A DNA stretch of 64,000 nt from Candidatus Moraniibacteriota bacterium (lineage in GTDB: Bacteria > Patescibacteriota > Minisyncoccia > Moranbacterales > GCA-2747515): NCBI GenBank assembly GCA_027031495.1, contig JALVQA010000004.1, forward strand, positions 120,070 through 184,069, given 5' to 3'. Numbering within the stretch: position 1 is the first letter of the stretch; the number at the start of each line of letters is the position of its first letter. The position numbers and the translations under genes are program-made. Below the pieces are notes generated by a model. It was given only the letters and a program-made list of their open reading frames with translations. It was not told where the DNA came from and did not search any database. Of this stretch, positions 38,790 to 48,852 are shown piece after piece.

Positions 38790-40193
38790 GTGAATATTAT
38801 GGCAGCAACGAGAGCGAGTGCAAGTATTGATACGCTTGTAGCTTTTGCAAAACGACGTGGCTTTGTTTTTCTATCCAGCGAGATTTACGGTGGCTTTGCG
38901 GCAGTCTATGATTACGGTCCGTACGGTGCGCTGTTGGCACGCAATATTCGCGATGCGTGGTGGCGCGCGATGGTACAAGAACATGCAAATATCGTTGGTT
39001 TGGATAGTAGTATATTTATGTCGCCACGTGTGTGGGAGGCGTCGGGACATGTTGCAAACTTTAGTGACCCGCTTGCAGAGTGCAAGCGGTGTCACACGCG
39101 CGTGCGGGTGGATCACCTACTGGAAGTGGCAGGTGTTTTTGCGGACGAGAAAATGAGTGATGAGGAAATCAATGTGTTATTGCGAGAAAATAAGGAAAAG
39201 GTGCGGTGCCCACAGTGCGGTGGGAGTGATTTTAGTGATGCAAAAGCATTCAACTTGCTTGTGCAGTCAAACCTCGGCAACTTTACCGGTGACTGGAACA
39301 AGCAGCCGACATATTTGCGCGGTGAGACGTGTCAGGGAATTTATGTAAACTTTAAGAATGTGTTGGATACGGCGCGTGTCAAAGTACCGTTTGGTATTGC
39401 ACAAATTGGCAAGGCATTCCGTAACGAAATCACTGCACGGCAGTTTATTTTCCGCAAGAGGGAATTTGAGCAGATGGAAATGCAGTACTTTGTTGCGCCA
39501 GATGCGATGATGGATGCATACAAAGAGTGGCGTGCAAAACGCTGGCATTTCTATACGGAAACACTCGGCTTTCGCAAAGAAAACATTCGTTGGCACGAGC
39601 ATGAAAATCTCGTCTTCTACGCCAAAGCAGCGCACGACATTGAATACTGTTTTCCGTTTGGCTTTAAGGAGTTGGAAGGTGTGCATGCACGTGGTGACTA
39701 CGATTTGATGCAACATATGAAGGCATCTGGCGTTGATCTGATGTATCGTGATCCACAGACAGGGGAGAAGTATATTCCACATATCGTGGAGACATCTGTT
39801 GGTGTGGATCGGCTGTTTTTAGCAGTACTCACGGAGGCATACGAGGAAGAAGATCTTGGCGAAGGTAAGACGCGTACGGTTCTGCATTTGCCAAAGGTGC
39901 TTGCGCCAATTACAGCGGCGGTCTTTCCACTCATGAAGAATAAGCCTGCACTGGTAACAAAAGCGCGAGAAGTTTTTGATATGTTGAGCGCACAATATAT
40001 GTGCGAGTTTGATGATAATGGTAATGTTGGCAAGCGCTATCGTCGACAAGATGAGATTGGTACGCCGTATTGTGTGACAATTGATTTTCAGACGCTAGAG
40101 GATAATACCGTGACGGTGCGCGATCGTGATACGATGCATCAAGAGCGTGTAGCAATAGATATGATAAGTGAGTACATTCGTAAGAATAAATGA
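38790..40193 (+). CDS. glyQS: Glycine--tRNA ligase (alpha2, class II, GlyQS type)
   Basis: SEIYGGFAAVYDYGPYG…, motif 2 FRNEITARQFIFRKREFEQMEMQYF, a zinc-binding CxxC…CxxC insertion and a C-terminal anticodon-binding domain. Confidence 0.9.
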   Translation: MNIMAATRASASIDTLVAFAKRRGFVFLSSEIYGGFAAVYDYGPYGALLARNIRDAWWRAMVQEHANIVGLDSSIFMSPRVWEASGHVANFSDPLAECKRCHTRVRVDHLLEVAGVFADEKMSDEEINVLLRENKEKVRCPQCGGSDFSDAKAFNLLVQSNLGNFTGDWNKQPTYLRGETCQGIYVNFKNVLDTARVKVPFGIAQIGKAFRNEITARQFIFRKREFEQMEMQYFVAPDAMMDAYKEWRAKRWHFYTETLGFRKENIRWHEHENLVFYAKAAHDIEYCFPFGFKELEGVHARGDYDLMQHMKASGVDLMYRDPQTGEKYIPHIVETSVGVDRLFLAVLTEAYEEEDLGEGKTRTVLHLPKVLAPITAAVFPLMKNKPALVTKAREVFDMLSAQYMCEFDDNGNVGKRYRRQDEIGTPYCVTIDFQTLEDNTVTVRDRDTMHQERVAIDMISEYIRKNK

Positions 40194-40220
40194 ATAAAAA
40201 GTTAATTTTTAGAGAGGATT

Positions 40221-41645
40221 ATGACGTATATTTCTTTTAAAAAAAGTGCGCAAAAAACAGCTGTGCGTATCATGTGGAGCGCTGATGTTGCCGCACCTGT
40301 TGTAGAGAGGCGCGGGGATCGTACACTGTTAGTTTTGCCACGTCGTACGGAAAAAGTAGAACGAGTAGAGTGGGTGCATCAATTGCGACGCGGTCTTCGG
40401 ATGGCAATGCAATATGGTTATGATTCTGTTGAGATTGACTTTGATGCAATTGTTCCCCAGAAAGAAGTAAGGGAAGAGTATGCGCGTCTTGCCGGTGTGC
40501 ATACAGCTTTAGCAAATTATGATTTTACGCATTACAAAAAGCATGATGATAATGGCAAGCGTGTCAAATTGCGCTCCGTTTGCTTTGTTACAACGCAATC
40601 GGATGTGCGTGTGTTAAATACTCTCGCACAATGGTGGCACATTGTCGGGGAGAATGCTAATGAAGCACGCACGCTTGCAAACACACCTGGTTCTGATATG
40701 ACGCCGGCGGCTTTTGCAACAGCAACACGACGTCTTATGCGCAGTATGCCACGTGTGCGTGTGCGTGTGCTAACGTCGGCACAAATGCGTACAGCACGTC
40801 TTAATGGTGTGTTGGCTGTCGGGCGCGGTAGCAGTGCAACGCCACGTTTTATCATCGTTGAATATCGTGGCAAGGATATGCATACATCATCAAAAAATAC
40901 AATAAAAGGTGACACGATTCTTCTTGTCGGTAAGGGCGTGACGTTTGACAGCGGTGGGATTGATGTAAAACCATACCCACACGCTACTGATATGATGATG
41001 GATATGAGTGGTGGCGCTGCTGTGCTTGCTGTTGTGCGTACTGCAGCGCAACTTGGCATAAAGCAGAATGTTGTCGCGCTTATACCAGCTGTTGAAAATA
41101 TGCCATCCGGTAGCAGTTTTCGTCCTGGTGATATTCTGACTATGCATAACGGTACAACTGTAGAGGTGCGCAATACTGATGCAGAAGGGCGACTTATTCT
41201 TGCGGACGCGCTATCCTATGGACAAAAACACTATGCACCATCGCTTATTATTGATGTTGCAACGCTCACCGGCGCATCACTTATTGCGTTGGGACAGCAG
41301 GCGAGTGCTGTGCTGTCGCCAAGTGAAGAACTTTCTCACATTATTGCGCGCTGCGGTGAAGACATTGTCGATCGTGCATGGCCACTGCCATTATGGTCAT
41401 CATATGATGCAATGCTCAAGAGCGAGGTAGCTGATATTGCAAACTTGGCATCGACCGGACAAGATCGCTATGCTGGAACAATTACTGCTGCCGCATTCCT
41501 CAAGAAGTTTGTTGATATTGATAACGTACAGTGGGTACATATTGATATGGCACCACGTATGACGGCAACAAAAGACGAAGGATTGGCATATGGTGCGACA
41601 GGCGCACCGATTGCATTATTATTGCGTTATCTTGAAACGTTATAG
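40221..41645 (+). CDS. pepA: Leucyl aminopeptidase (M17 family)
   Basis: VGKGVTFDSGGIDVKP and NTDAEGRLILAD signatures. Confidence 0.9.
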   Translation: MTYISFKKSAQKTAVRIMWSADVAAPVVERRGDRTLLVLPRRTEKVERVEWVHQLRRGLRMAMQYGYDSVEIDFDAIVPQKEVREEYARLAGVHTALANYDFTHYKKHDDNGKRVKLRSVCFVTTQSDVRVLNTLAQWWHIVGENANEARTLANTPGSDMTPAAFATATRRLMRSMPRVRVRVLTSAQMRTARLNGVLAVGRGSSATPRFIIVEYRGKDMHTSSKNTIKGDTILLVGKGVTFDSGGIDVKPYPHATDMMMDMSGGAAVLAVVRTAAQLGIKQNVVALIPAVENMPSGSSFRPGDILTMHNGTTVEVRNTDAEGRLILADALSYGQKHYAPSLIIDVATLTGASLIALGQQASAVLSPSEELSHIIARCGEDIVDRAWPLPLWSSYDAMLKSEVADIANLASTGQDRYAGTITAAAFLKKFVDIDNVQWVHIDMAPRMTATKDEGLAYGATGAPIALLLRYLETL

Positions 41646-41701
41646 GATAATGTTTATGAAATAAAAACACCGCCATCCTAAGAATAGCGGTGTTTTTATT
41701 G

Positions 41702-43540
41702 CTATTTTTTCTGTCTCTTTCTGATTTCTTCGAGGTTGATAAATTTCTTGCCACCGTGTGCCTTGATCCAGTCATTGATGGACTCCCAGACGTAAGCATT
41801 TTCTTTTAAGTGCTGACCAACATAGTCAACCTCGCCCCATGTGCCACCGGCAAACTGATAGTTGACGTAAGCGTCCATGTATTGCGAGAGATTGTCAAGA
41901 TAGTACTGGTAGACATCATAGATTTCCTGATTGTTGACGTCAGCCTGTTTACCACCCTCATAGCTAACAAGTGGAACACCTTGCTCATCTGCCATTTCTT
42001 TCCAGTGCTTGACGAGTTCCATAACATTATCTACATCTTCCTTCGTTGGTGGCGTGCCAATAGTGCCAAGGTAGGGAGCAATAGCGTAAACATCCGGGCG
42101 TGTGCCATTAGGATTGTATTTTGGATCATTGATGATGTTTTCAAAGTGCCCGCGGAGCATGTCGTGGCCCATCTGTCCAGCGAGAACTTTGACGAGTCGC
42201 GGAGAATTCTTGCCGAAGACATCCTCAAACGTCTCCCAGAGTTTGATGGATGCGTAAGCATGGTAGTTGAATCCTTCCCACCATGGGTTGTTGCCGACGA
42301 TGTGATTTTCACCCGGCATTGCTTCTTCTGCACCACGCTGGATAACGTAATGAGATTGCTCAAAGCCACCATTCCATGTTTCGTTGGAGTATTCTACCCA
42401 GACGCGGAGATTTGGGTCGAGTCGCTCATAGAACAACTCGGCAAGTTTGCGCCAATAGCCATCGGTGCTCTTATCCGTGTGTGCCGGTACGGTAACCCAA
42501 CAGTCAATCTGTGCGCGATTGCACAAATCAATGTACCATTCATAGGCAAGGCCGGGATCATAATGAGCGCCACCATTGAAGATGTCCCAACTGAGTGAGT
42601 CGTTGTCCGGATCGTCCGGCTGGCGACGATCAGACCAGTTGACAATACCTAAGTCATTTGTTTGTCCCCAATCCATGAAACGGAAAACACTATAATTCTT
42701 TATGTGATCCAAGAACTCCGGACGCCAAATGTTTGTGTTATACATGCCATTGGTCATGCCACTTGCGATAGCGCCGGCGAAATCGGTTTCCGTGCCACCA
42801 GTGAATGGACAGATTGCGCCGTCGTCGTGACTACACCAGAGATAGTTGGAGTTTGTGCCGATAATCATCTCACCGTCACTGAAGACGGGTGTTACAGTAG
42901 ATGTTTCCGGTGGCTTAATCTCTCGTGGCGGCTCAGGTTCTGCTACTGGCGGTTCTGGTTGTGCTGCTCGCGGTTGAGGTTCCAACTGTTCTGGTTCTTC
43001 CTCATAAACAACGCGCGAGCTACCACCGATACCAAAACTTCCGGTGTTGTAATCACCTCCGCCACTGCCGGCGCCGCCACTACTGCCAGCACTACCACTA
43101 GCACTTGTGGCGCTCCTTGTGTGTCGCGTGATAGTAGTTGTGTTGTTGTCGGATCCGTTGCTGCCATTGTTGCCGTTGCGTCCATCACGTCCATCACGTC
43201 CATCACGTCCATCACGCCCGCTTTGTGTTGCTGTAGTGTTGTGTTGCTCACTAACGGTGACACCTGATACATTACTGATAGTAACAGCTGTTGCTGCTGT
43301 GTTTTGTTGTGTATTGGGATTGCTCACAGAGCCTGGTGGCGCTGGTGCTACCGGAAAGGAGGAACTTGTTGTATTGCCGTTCGTGCTTGTATTAACTGTC
43401 ACCTGCGCATTTGTTGATGTTGTAGTTGTAGTGTTATTGTCTGTATCTGCTGTAATAGCGCTGTTTGCAACCATATATGATGATATAAGTGCAGACAGAG
43501 CAATGACGATTTGAACCAACTGATTGAGAATAGTTTCCAT
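41702..43540 (-). CDS. Secreted multi-domain protein: Asn/Thr-rich region, short collagen-like (GRD)n segment, Pro/Glu-rich linker, C-terminal glycoside-hydrolase-like domain
   Basis: Signal peptide METILNQLVQIVIALSALISSYMVANSA. DGRDGRDGRDGRNGNNGSNG are Gly-X-Y triplets. The C-terminal ~400 aa are rich in W/Y/D/E, typical of carbohydrate-active enzymes. Exact family not assigned. Confidence 0.55.
   Translation of the reverse strand: METILNQLVQIVIALSALISSYMVANSAITADTDNNTTTTTSTNAQVTVNTSTNGNTTSSSFPVAPAPPGSVSNPNTQQNTAATAVTISNVSGVTVSEQHNTTATQSGRDGRDGRDGRDGRNGNNGSNGSDNNTTTITRHTRSATSASGSAGSSGGAGSGGGDYNTGSFGIGGSSRVVYEEEPEQLEPQPRAAQPEPPVAEPEPPREIKPPETSTVTPVFSDGEMIIGTNSNYLWCSHDDGAICPFTGGTETDFAGAIASGMTNGMYNTNIWRPEFLDHIKNYSVFRFMDWGQTNDLGIVNWSDRRQPDDPDNDSLSWDIFNGGAHYDPGLAYEWYIDLCNRAQIDCWVTVPAHTDKSTDGYWRKLAELFYERLDPNLRVWVEYSNETWNGGFEQSHYVIQRGAEEAMPGENHIVGNNPWWEGFNYHAYASIKLWETFEDVFGKNSPRLVKVLAGQMGHDMLRGHFENIINDPKYNPNGTRPDVYAIAPYLGTIGTPPTKEDVDNVMELVKHWKEMADEQGVPLVSYEGGKQADVNNQEIYDVYQYYLDNLSQYMDAYVNYQFAGGTWGEVDYVGQHLKENAYVWESINDWIKAHGGKKFINLEEIRKRQKK
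43187..43222. repeat. 9-bp microsatellite (cgtccatca)x4 encoding the collagen-like GRD repeats
   Basis: Four perfect tandem copies are read directly. This is a slipped-strand-mispairing-prone tract inside the coding sequence. Confidence 0.75.
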
Positions 43541-43688
43541 ATTTTTTGATATTTCCTCTTAGTTTTGTGTGTACGATAACGCGCTCTTCGCAGTGGCAAA
43601 ATGTTTCTACGTTTCATTATATCACAGTGTAGAAAAATTGTGTTATAGTGTCTATGAAATTATATATTTTTTAAATAGTATGTTTGTT

Positions 43689-44969
43689 ATGAGATACATA
43701 AAACACACACTGCGCAACGGACTGCGTGTCATCCTGGCGCCGATGGCAGATGTAGAGAGTGTGACGGTAATGATTATGACAGGTGTTGGCTCTCGCTATG
43801 AAGATGTTCATGAGAACGGTCTGGCGCACTTTTTGGAGCATATGTTCTTCAAAGGCACAAAGAAGCGACCGACGGCGCAGGCGATCAGCAACGAGCTTGA
43901 TGCAGTCGGTGGGGAATACAATGCTTTTACGGGTAAGGATCGTACGGCATACTATGCAAAAGTAAACGCAGCACACATTGATACGGCGCTTGATGTTGTG
44001 AGTGATCTCTTTTTGCATGCGCGCATCGCGCAACGGGATGTTGAGAAAGAGCGTGGCGCGATTATTCAGGAAATCAGCATGTACGAAGACGCACCGTCAC
44101 GTGATGTCTACCATGTGTTTGAGAGACTGCTCTATGGTGCAACACATCCACTCGGTCGTGATGTCTTGGGAACGAAAGAGAACATCTTGTCATTTACACG
44201 CAAAGATTTACTTGCTTATCACAAGCGTTGCTATACATCACACAACACGGCCGTGTGCATTGCCGGCAAATTCAGTAAACAGAAAGTGTTGGCAAAAATT
44301 CGTGCTGATTTTGCATCCATGCACACGGGTGCGGCGCCGACATACATGCCTTTTGATGCAGTGCAGAAAGCGTCACGTATTGCAATTAAGCAGAAAGAAA
44401 CGGATCAAACGCACTTTATCATTGGCGTGCCGGCATATGGCATTCACCACAAAGATCGTGCCGTTGTGAATGTGCTTATGGCGCTTTTGGGAAGTGGAAT
44501 GAGTAGCCGCCTCTTTGTGGAGATTCGGGAGAAGCGTGGTTTGGCGTATAGTATCCATGCCGGTGTGGAAAGCTACGCTGAAACAGGGGCTTTCTACGTC
44601 AAGGCCGGTGTGGAGCATAAAAATATTACGAAAGTGATAACGCTTATTTTGCGTGAACTTGCAAAAGTTACGCGACGTGTTGTTAGTGAAAAAGAGTTAC
44701 ATAAAGCAAAAGAGTATCTTAAGGGACATATTGTGTTGGGACTAGAGACATCGGATGATATTGCACACTATCTTGTCAGTCATGAGGTTGTGCGCGGTGC
44801 CGTAAAGTTGCCACATGTTGTGATGCGTGAGATTGATGCGGTGACAGCGGATGATGTAAAGCGTGTGGCGCTCGATTTGTTTACAACAGAAACGCTAAAC
44901 CTTGCAGTGATCGGACCACACAAAGGACGTGAGAAAGAGTTGCAATCTTTGCTCAACGTGCAATACTAA
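43689..44969 (+). CDS. M16-family zinc peptidase (insulinase/PqqL-like)
   Basis: Inverted zinc motif HxxEH (GLAHFLEHMFFKGT), with the downstream E (…ELDAVGGEYNAFT) and an inactive C-terminal half-domain. The start is trimmed to MRYIKHTLRNG. Confidence 0.8.
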   Translation: MRYIKHTLRNGLRVILAPMADVESVTVMIMTGVGSRYEDVHENGLAHFLEHMFFKGTKKRPTAQAISNELDAVGGEYNAFTGKDRTAYYAKVNAAHIDTALDVVSDLFLHARIAQRDVEKERGAIIQEISMYEDAPSRDVYHVFERLLYGATHPLGRDVLGTKENILSFTRKDLLAYHKRCYTSHNTAVCIAGKFSKQKVLAKIRADFASMHTGAAPTYMPFDAVQKASRIAIKQKETDQTHFIIGVPAYGIHHKDRAVVNVLMALLGSGMSSRLFVEIREKRGLAYSIHAGVESYAETGAFYVKAGVEHKNITKVITLILRELAKVTRRVVSEKELHKAKEYLKGHIVLGLETSDDIAHYLVSHEVVRGAVKLPHVVMREIDAVTADDVKRVALDLFTTETLNLAVIGPHKGREKELQSLLNVQY

Positions 44970-44976
44970 AGGTAAT

Positions 44977-45969
44977 ATGAATCAGACAGCCATTTCATCA
45001 CAAACAATCATGCGTGTGACGGTGACAATTTTATCACTGTGGTTTTTGTATTTGATACGTGATATTATCGCACTGCTTATCATTGCTGTTATCATCACAG
45101 CGGCACTCGGTCCTATTATTAACTACCTTGAACGGTGGCACTTGCCACGCGCGCTAACAGTGGCATGTGTCTACATTGTGTTCTTTACCGGCTTGAGTAT
45201 GTTGATTGCTGTTATTGTGCCAACACTGACGGAGCAAATCGAGCTATTGTTGGCGAGTCTCTTGCAGGATATCGCTTCAGTACACAACGGTATGCTAAGT
45301 GTCTTCTTTGGTAGTGTGCCGACAAATCTTGCTGCAATAACCGACCCGATTGCCGGCTCGTTTGGCGAGCTTTTCTCGCGGACGGCGTCGTTGTTCTCCG
45401 CAATCGTTGCTGTATTTGCCGTGATTTCAATGTCATTTTACATGTCGTTGCAGCGCGACGGCATGAAGCGCTTTTTGCTTTCGCTAACGCCAAAACAACA
45501 TCAACCATATGTTGCCTCGCTGACGGACCGTATTCAAGAGAGTTTTGGTCGGTGGGTGGCAGGACAGCTTGTGACAATGATTTTTGTTGGTGTACTGTAC
45601 TTTGTCGTGCTTTCAATTTTTGGTGTGCCATATGCGCTTACGCTGGCGACGATCGGCGGTATCTTGGAAATTGTGCCATATCTTGGGCCAATTCTCAGTG
45701 CTATTCCAGCAGCGATTCTGGGTTTCTCCGTAGCGCCAGCAGTTGGTTTTGTTGTTATTATTGGTTATATTTTGATTAACTTTGTGGAAAATTATGTGCT
45801 TATTCCGCAAATCATGAACAAGGCTGTCGGCCTCAATCCTGTTGCTGTAATTCTTGCACTGCTTATTGGCGCAAAAATTGCCGGCCTTATCGGTGTCATT
45901 ATCGCTGTGCCGATTGCCGGGGCTCTCAGTCTTTTCGTGAAAGATGTTCTGGAGAAAAAAATATCATAG
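44977..45969 (+). CDS. AI-2E family transporter (second copy)
   Basis: 8 TM helices with a PerM-like layout. RBS aaaggtaat precedes ATG 44977. Confidence 0.7.
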   Translation: MNQTAISSQTIMRVTVTILSLWFLYLIRDIIALLIIAVIITAALGPIINYLERWHLPRALTVACVYIVFFTGLSMLIAVIVPTLTEQIELLLASLLQDIASVHNGMLSVFFGSVPTNLAAITDPIAGSFGELFSRTASLFSAIVAVFAVISMSFYMSLQRDGMKRFLLSLTPKQHQPYVASLTDRIQESFGRWVAGQLVTMIFVGVLYFVVLSIFGVPYALTLATIGGILEIVPYLGPILSAIPAAILGFSVAPAVGFVVIIGYILINFVENYVLIPQIMNKAVGLNPVAVILALLIGAKIAGLIGVIIAVPIAGALSLFVKDVLEKKIS

Positions 45970-45976
45970 ATCAAAT

Positions 45977-46648
45977 ATGCTTTTTATTGTTGCCACACCA
46001 ATTGGGAATTTGGAAGATATCACGTACCGTGCAGTGCGCGTTTTGCGGGAGGCGGACGTGGTGCTGTGTGAGGATACGCGCGTGACACGGAAGCTCCTTG
46101 CGCATTACGACATCACCACGCCAACGCGCGCCGTGCACCAGCATACGCGTGACGCAATACTTGTACAGATTGTAGAAGAGTTGCGCGCCGGAGTAAATAT
46201 GGCGCTGGTGACCGATGCTGGCACGCCGGGACTCTCGGACCCGGGTAATCAGCTGGTCGCCGCAGCTGTCGCCGCCGGCGTGACGGTCACACCGGTGCCG
46301 GGTCCGTCGGCGCTTGCAGCGGCGGTCAGCGTTGCCGGTGTGGATTTGCAGCGCTTCGCCTTTTTCGCATATCCGCCGCACAAGAAGGGGCGGCAGACAT
46401 TCTTCCGCCGTGTGGCACATTTCGTGACAGAAGAGCGACTGCCGGTGATCTATTACGACAGCGTGCACCGCGTGGCGAAAAACCTCGCACTTCTTGCTGA
46501 CACAGCACCGGATGCCCACGTCATTGTCGCACGCGAACTAACCAAACTGCACGAAGAAATCCTCCGTGGCACCGCCGCCGACCTCGCCGCACACTTCACT
46601 GCACACCCCGATACTCTCCGCGGGGAGTTTGTCGTTGTGGTGTATTAA
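45977..46648 (+). CDS. rsmI: 16S rRNA (cytidine1402-2'-O)-methyltransferase RsmI (tetrapyrrole-methylase fold)
   Basis: MLFIVATPIGNLEDITYRAVRVLREADVVLCEDTR…GTPGLSDPG. About 60% GC, well above the local background. Confidence 0.85.
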   Translation: MLFIVATPIGNLEDITYRAVRVLREADVVLCEDTRVTRKLLAHYDITTPTRAVHQHTRDAILVQIVEELRAGVNMALVTDAGTPGLSDPGNQLVAAAVAAGVTVTPVPGPSALAAAVSVAGVDLQRFAFFAYPPHKKGRQTFFRRVAHFVTEERLPVIYYDSVHRVAKNLALLADTAPDAHVIVARELTKLHEEILRGTAADLAAHFTAHPDTLRGEFVVVVY

Positions 46649-46652
46649 GACA

Positions 46653-47639
46653 ATGCTTATGTTTAGATCTAGGATTATTGCAACAATAATATCAATCAAA
46701 ATTGGTATTATCATTAGCATATTAACGCCGAGCATATGGCAACTGTGTTGGGAGGGTTGCAGTTATGACTATATTCACAATCTGCTACAATTGTTCTATG
46801 CGCCACCGCTAGGTGATTTTATGTGGGGCATATTCGCGCCACTTAACTGGATACAGTTCTTTGGAAAGATTCTGATTGTTTTGACTGCAATCTACGTTGG
46901 AAGAAATTACATTAAAAATGGCTATGCAAGGCTTTTCTTCTATGCAACTGTGCTCCTGATGCTTTTTCTTGTTCCGCGGTTAATGTATGTGTATCTTACA
47001 GAAGAGGGACGTGATGAGAGAATAAGTAATGTAATCAGCACTATCTATACGGTTGGAAGGGATATTGATGAAATCAATGCAGACTTGGAGCGGTTGGAAA
47101 ATAAGCTTGGAAGTAATTATGGTCCGCTTGACTATCATATGAGGACCGGAATATTTCAAGGAGTCTTTGGTTATATCGCAAAGTTTGATAGGTGTTATTG
47201 GCACCACTTCCTAGTATGTTTTGATGCGCGCGGTCGACTTGTGTATAAGGAGGGCGAGAGCGTTCTCTTGAAGAAGCATGTAGAAGATATGCAGCGTATT
47301 GCGCGACAGTATGGGTATTGTGATGATCTCTTTACGCAGAGTACATGTGTTCTTGATCCACAACGCTACACATCAACTCTCAATATGCAGAATATTGAAT
47401 TTACAAAGGATTGGCAAATTCAATCATTGTATCACTTGTATGGTATTGATTCTGAGTACAAGGAAATTTCAATATTTACACCGACTGGAGAGGAAGTTTG
47501 TACGGTGCGGCAGGAGAATTTTCCGGTTGTGTATGGGGTGGTAGGTTTGACAAATTGCATCATATTGCCAGGAAAAACATATATCATCCTTATTACTTTA
47601 GAAGATAATAAAATCCTACCAGTTATGCGTCGTGCTTAA
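46653..47639 (+). CDS. Hypothetical membrane protein
   Basis: N-terminal TM helices followed by a Cys/Tyr-containing soluble domain. AT-rich. No family recognised. Confidence 0.45.
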   Translation: MLMFRSRIIATIISIKIGIIISILTPSIWQLCWEGCSYDYIHNLLQLFYAPPLGDFMWGIFAPLNWIQFFGKILIVLTAIYVGRNYIKNGYARLFFYATVLLMLFLVPRLMYVYLTEEGRDERISNVISTIYTVGRDIDEINADLERLENKLGSNYGPLDYHMRTGIFQGVFGYIAKFDRCYWHHFLVCFDARGRLVYKEGESVLLKKHVEDMQRIARQYGYCDDLFTQSTCVLDPQRYTSTLNMQNIEFTKDWQIQSLYHLYGIDSEYKEISIFTPTGEEVCTVRQENFPVVYGVVGLTNCIILPGKTYIILITLEDNKILPVMRRA

Positions 47640-47766
47640 ACTGGGGATATGTCCGTGGTTTCAGCTAATATGTTTTTGTTACATTAATGAACCCAACATC
47701 ATAGAGGTTGTTTTAGTAAATGTTGCGTCACCGTTGGAGTTTGTGGTATATTATCACTGAGAAGAT

Positions 47767-48522
47767 ATGACAAAAATTAATGCCTATAATGACATTGCGG
47801 CACTACGGCAGCAAGAACTGCTTCACGGAGAAATGAAGCCTCATCGGTTTGTGGAGAAGCCCATGATGAAAAATCTCTTGCCGGATTTGAGCGGAAAGAG
47901 GGTTCTTTTGGTTGGCTGCGGCACCGGAGAGGAATCCTCTCTTTTAGAAGAATGTGGAGTTGGGAAGATTGTAGGGATTGATTTATCGGAGAAATCCATT
48001 GCATTGGCACGAAAGATGTACCCGCGCCATGATTTTATTGTTTGTGACATGCATAGCCTCGCGTTTAAAGATGCTACTTTTGATTTTGTCTATAGCAGTT
48101 TGTCCATTCACTATTCAAAGGAGCCTGAAAAGGTGTATGGAGAAATATATAGAGTACTCAAAGATGGCGGTCGCCTACTATGCTCTCTTGCGCATCCTGT
48201 GAGATGGGCGTCGGAACAGATTGTGGTTGATGATATCCCTGTCAAAGCGATAGGATTTTCAAATGATAAAAATAACAAGAAACTTATAGGAAGCTACTCC
48301 ACGTTCGCACAGCACAAACATAACTTCTCGCGCTATGGCACCCTAAGCTTCTATGTTGGCCCACCGAGTTATCACTTTAGGCTCCTGAAAGAAGCCAGAT
48401 TCTCTATTGAAGATTTTGTTGAGTCTCAAGCGATAGAGGAGTGCAAGGAGTATGATATATATTACTATGAGAGGTACAAAGAATTTCCCCAGTTTATGGC
48501 TTTCCTTGCAAGGAAGAAATAA
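47767..48522 (+). CDS. Class I SAM-dependent methyltransferase
   Basis: Motif I VLLVGCGTGEES and motif post-I IVGIDLSE. Has the FDFVYSSLSIHY segment typical of MTase_11/25 families. Confidence 0.75.
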   Translation: MTKINAYNDIAALRQQELLHGEMKPHRFVEKPMMKNLLPDLSGKRVLLVGCGTGEESSLLEECGVGKIVGIDLSEKSIALARKMYPRHDFIVCDMHSLAFKDATFDFVYSSLSIHYSKEPEKVYGEIYRVLKDGGRLLCSLAHPVRWASEQIVVDDIPVKAIGFSNDKNNKKLIGSYSTFAQHKHNFSRYGTLSFYVGPPSYHFRLLKEARFSIEDFVESQAIEECKEYDIYYYERYKEFPQFMAFLARKK

Positions 48523-48571
48523 GCAAGAAAATTTATCTGTTTTTGAGAACTTATTGTGATATACTAGTAGA

Positions 48572-48745
48572 ATGAAAAAAGAAGAAGACAACGTTGTATT
48601 TATTGATAGCCAGAACGTCAACCTTGGTGTGCGGAGCTGTGGGTGGCAGTTGGATTGGCAGCGTTTTGCACCGGGGAAAATTGTGCGATTGGATGTTATG
48701 GAGCGTAAATTACAGTATAAAAGAAAAGAGCTCCAGCAGGACCGA
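48572..48745 (+). pseudogene. Short NYN/LabA-like N-terminal fragment (58 codons). Probable gene remnant
   Basis: MKKEEDNVVFIDSQNVNLGVRSCGWQLDWQRF… matches the start of NYN-domain (DUF88) proteins but terminates after 58 aa. It is below the ORF-track length cutoff. Confidence 0.25.
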
Positions 48746-48852
48746 TCCTGAAGGAGCTACTTTTCGTGGTGATACATCAGTATGATATCATAAGATTTCG
48801 CAACCTGTCAACTTGTTAGTGTTGACTTTATTGATTCGTAATATTTTAGCAC

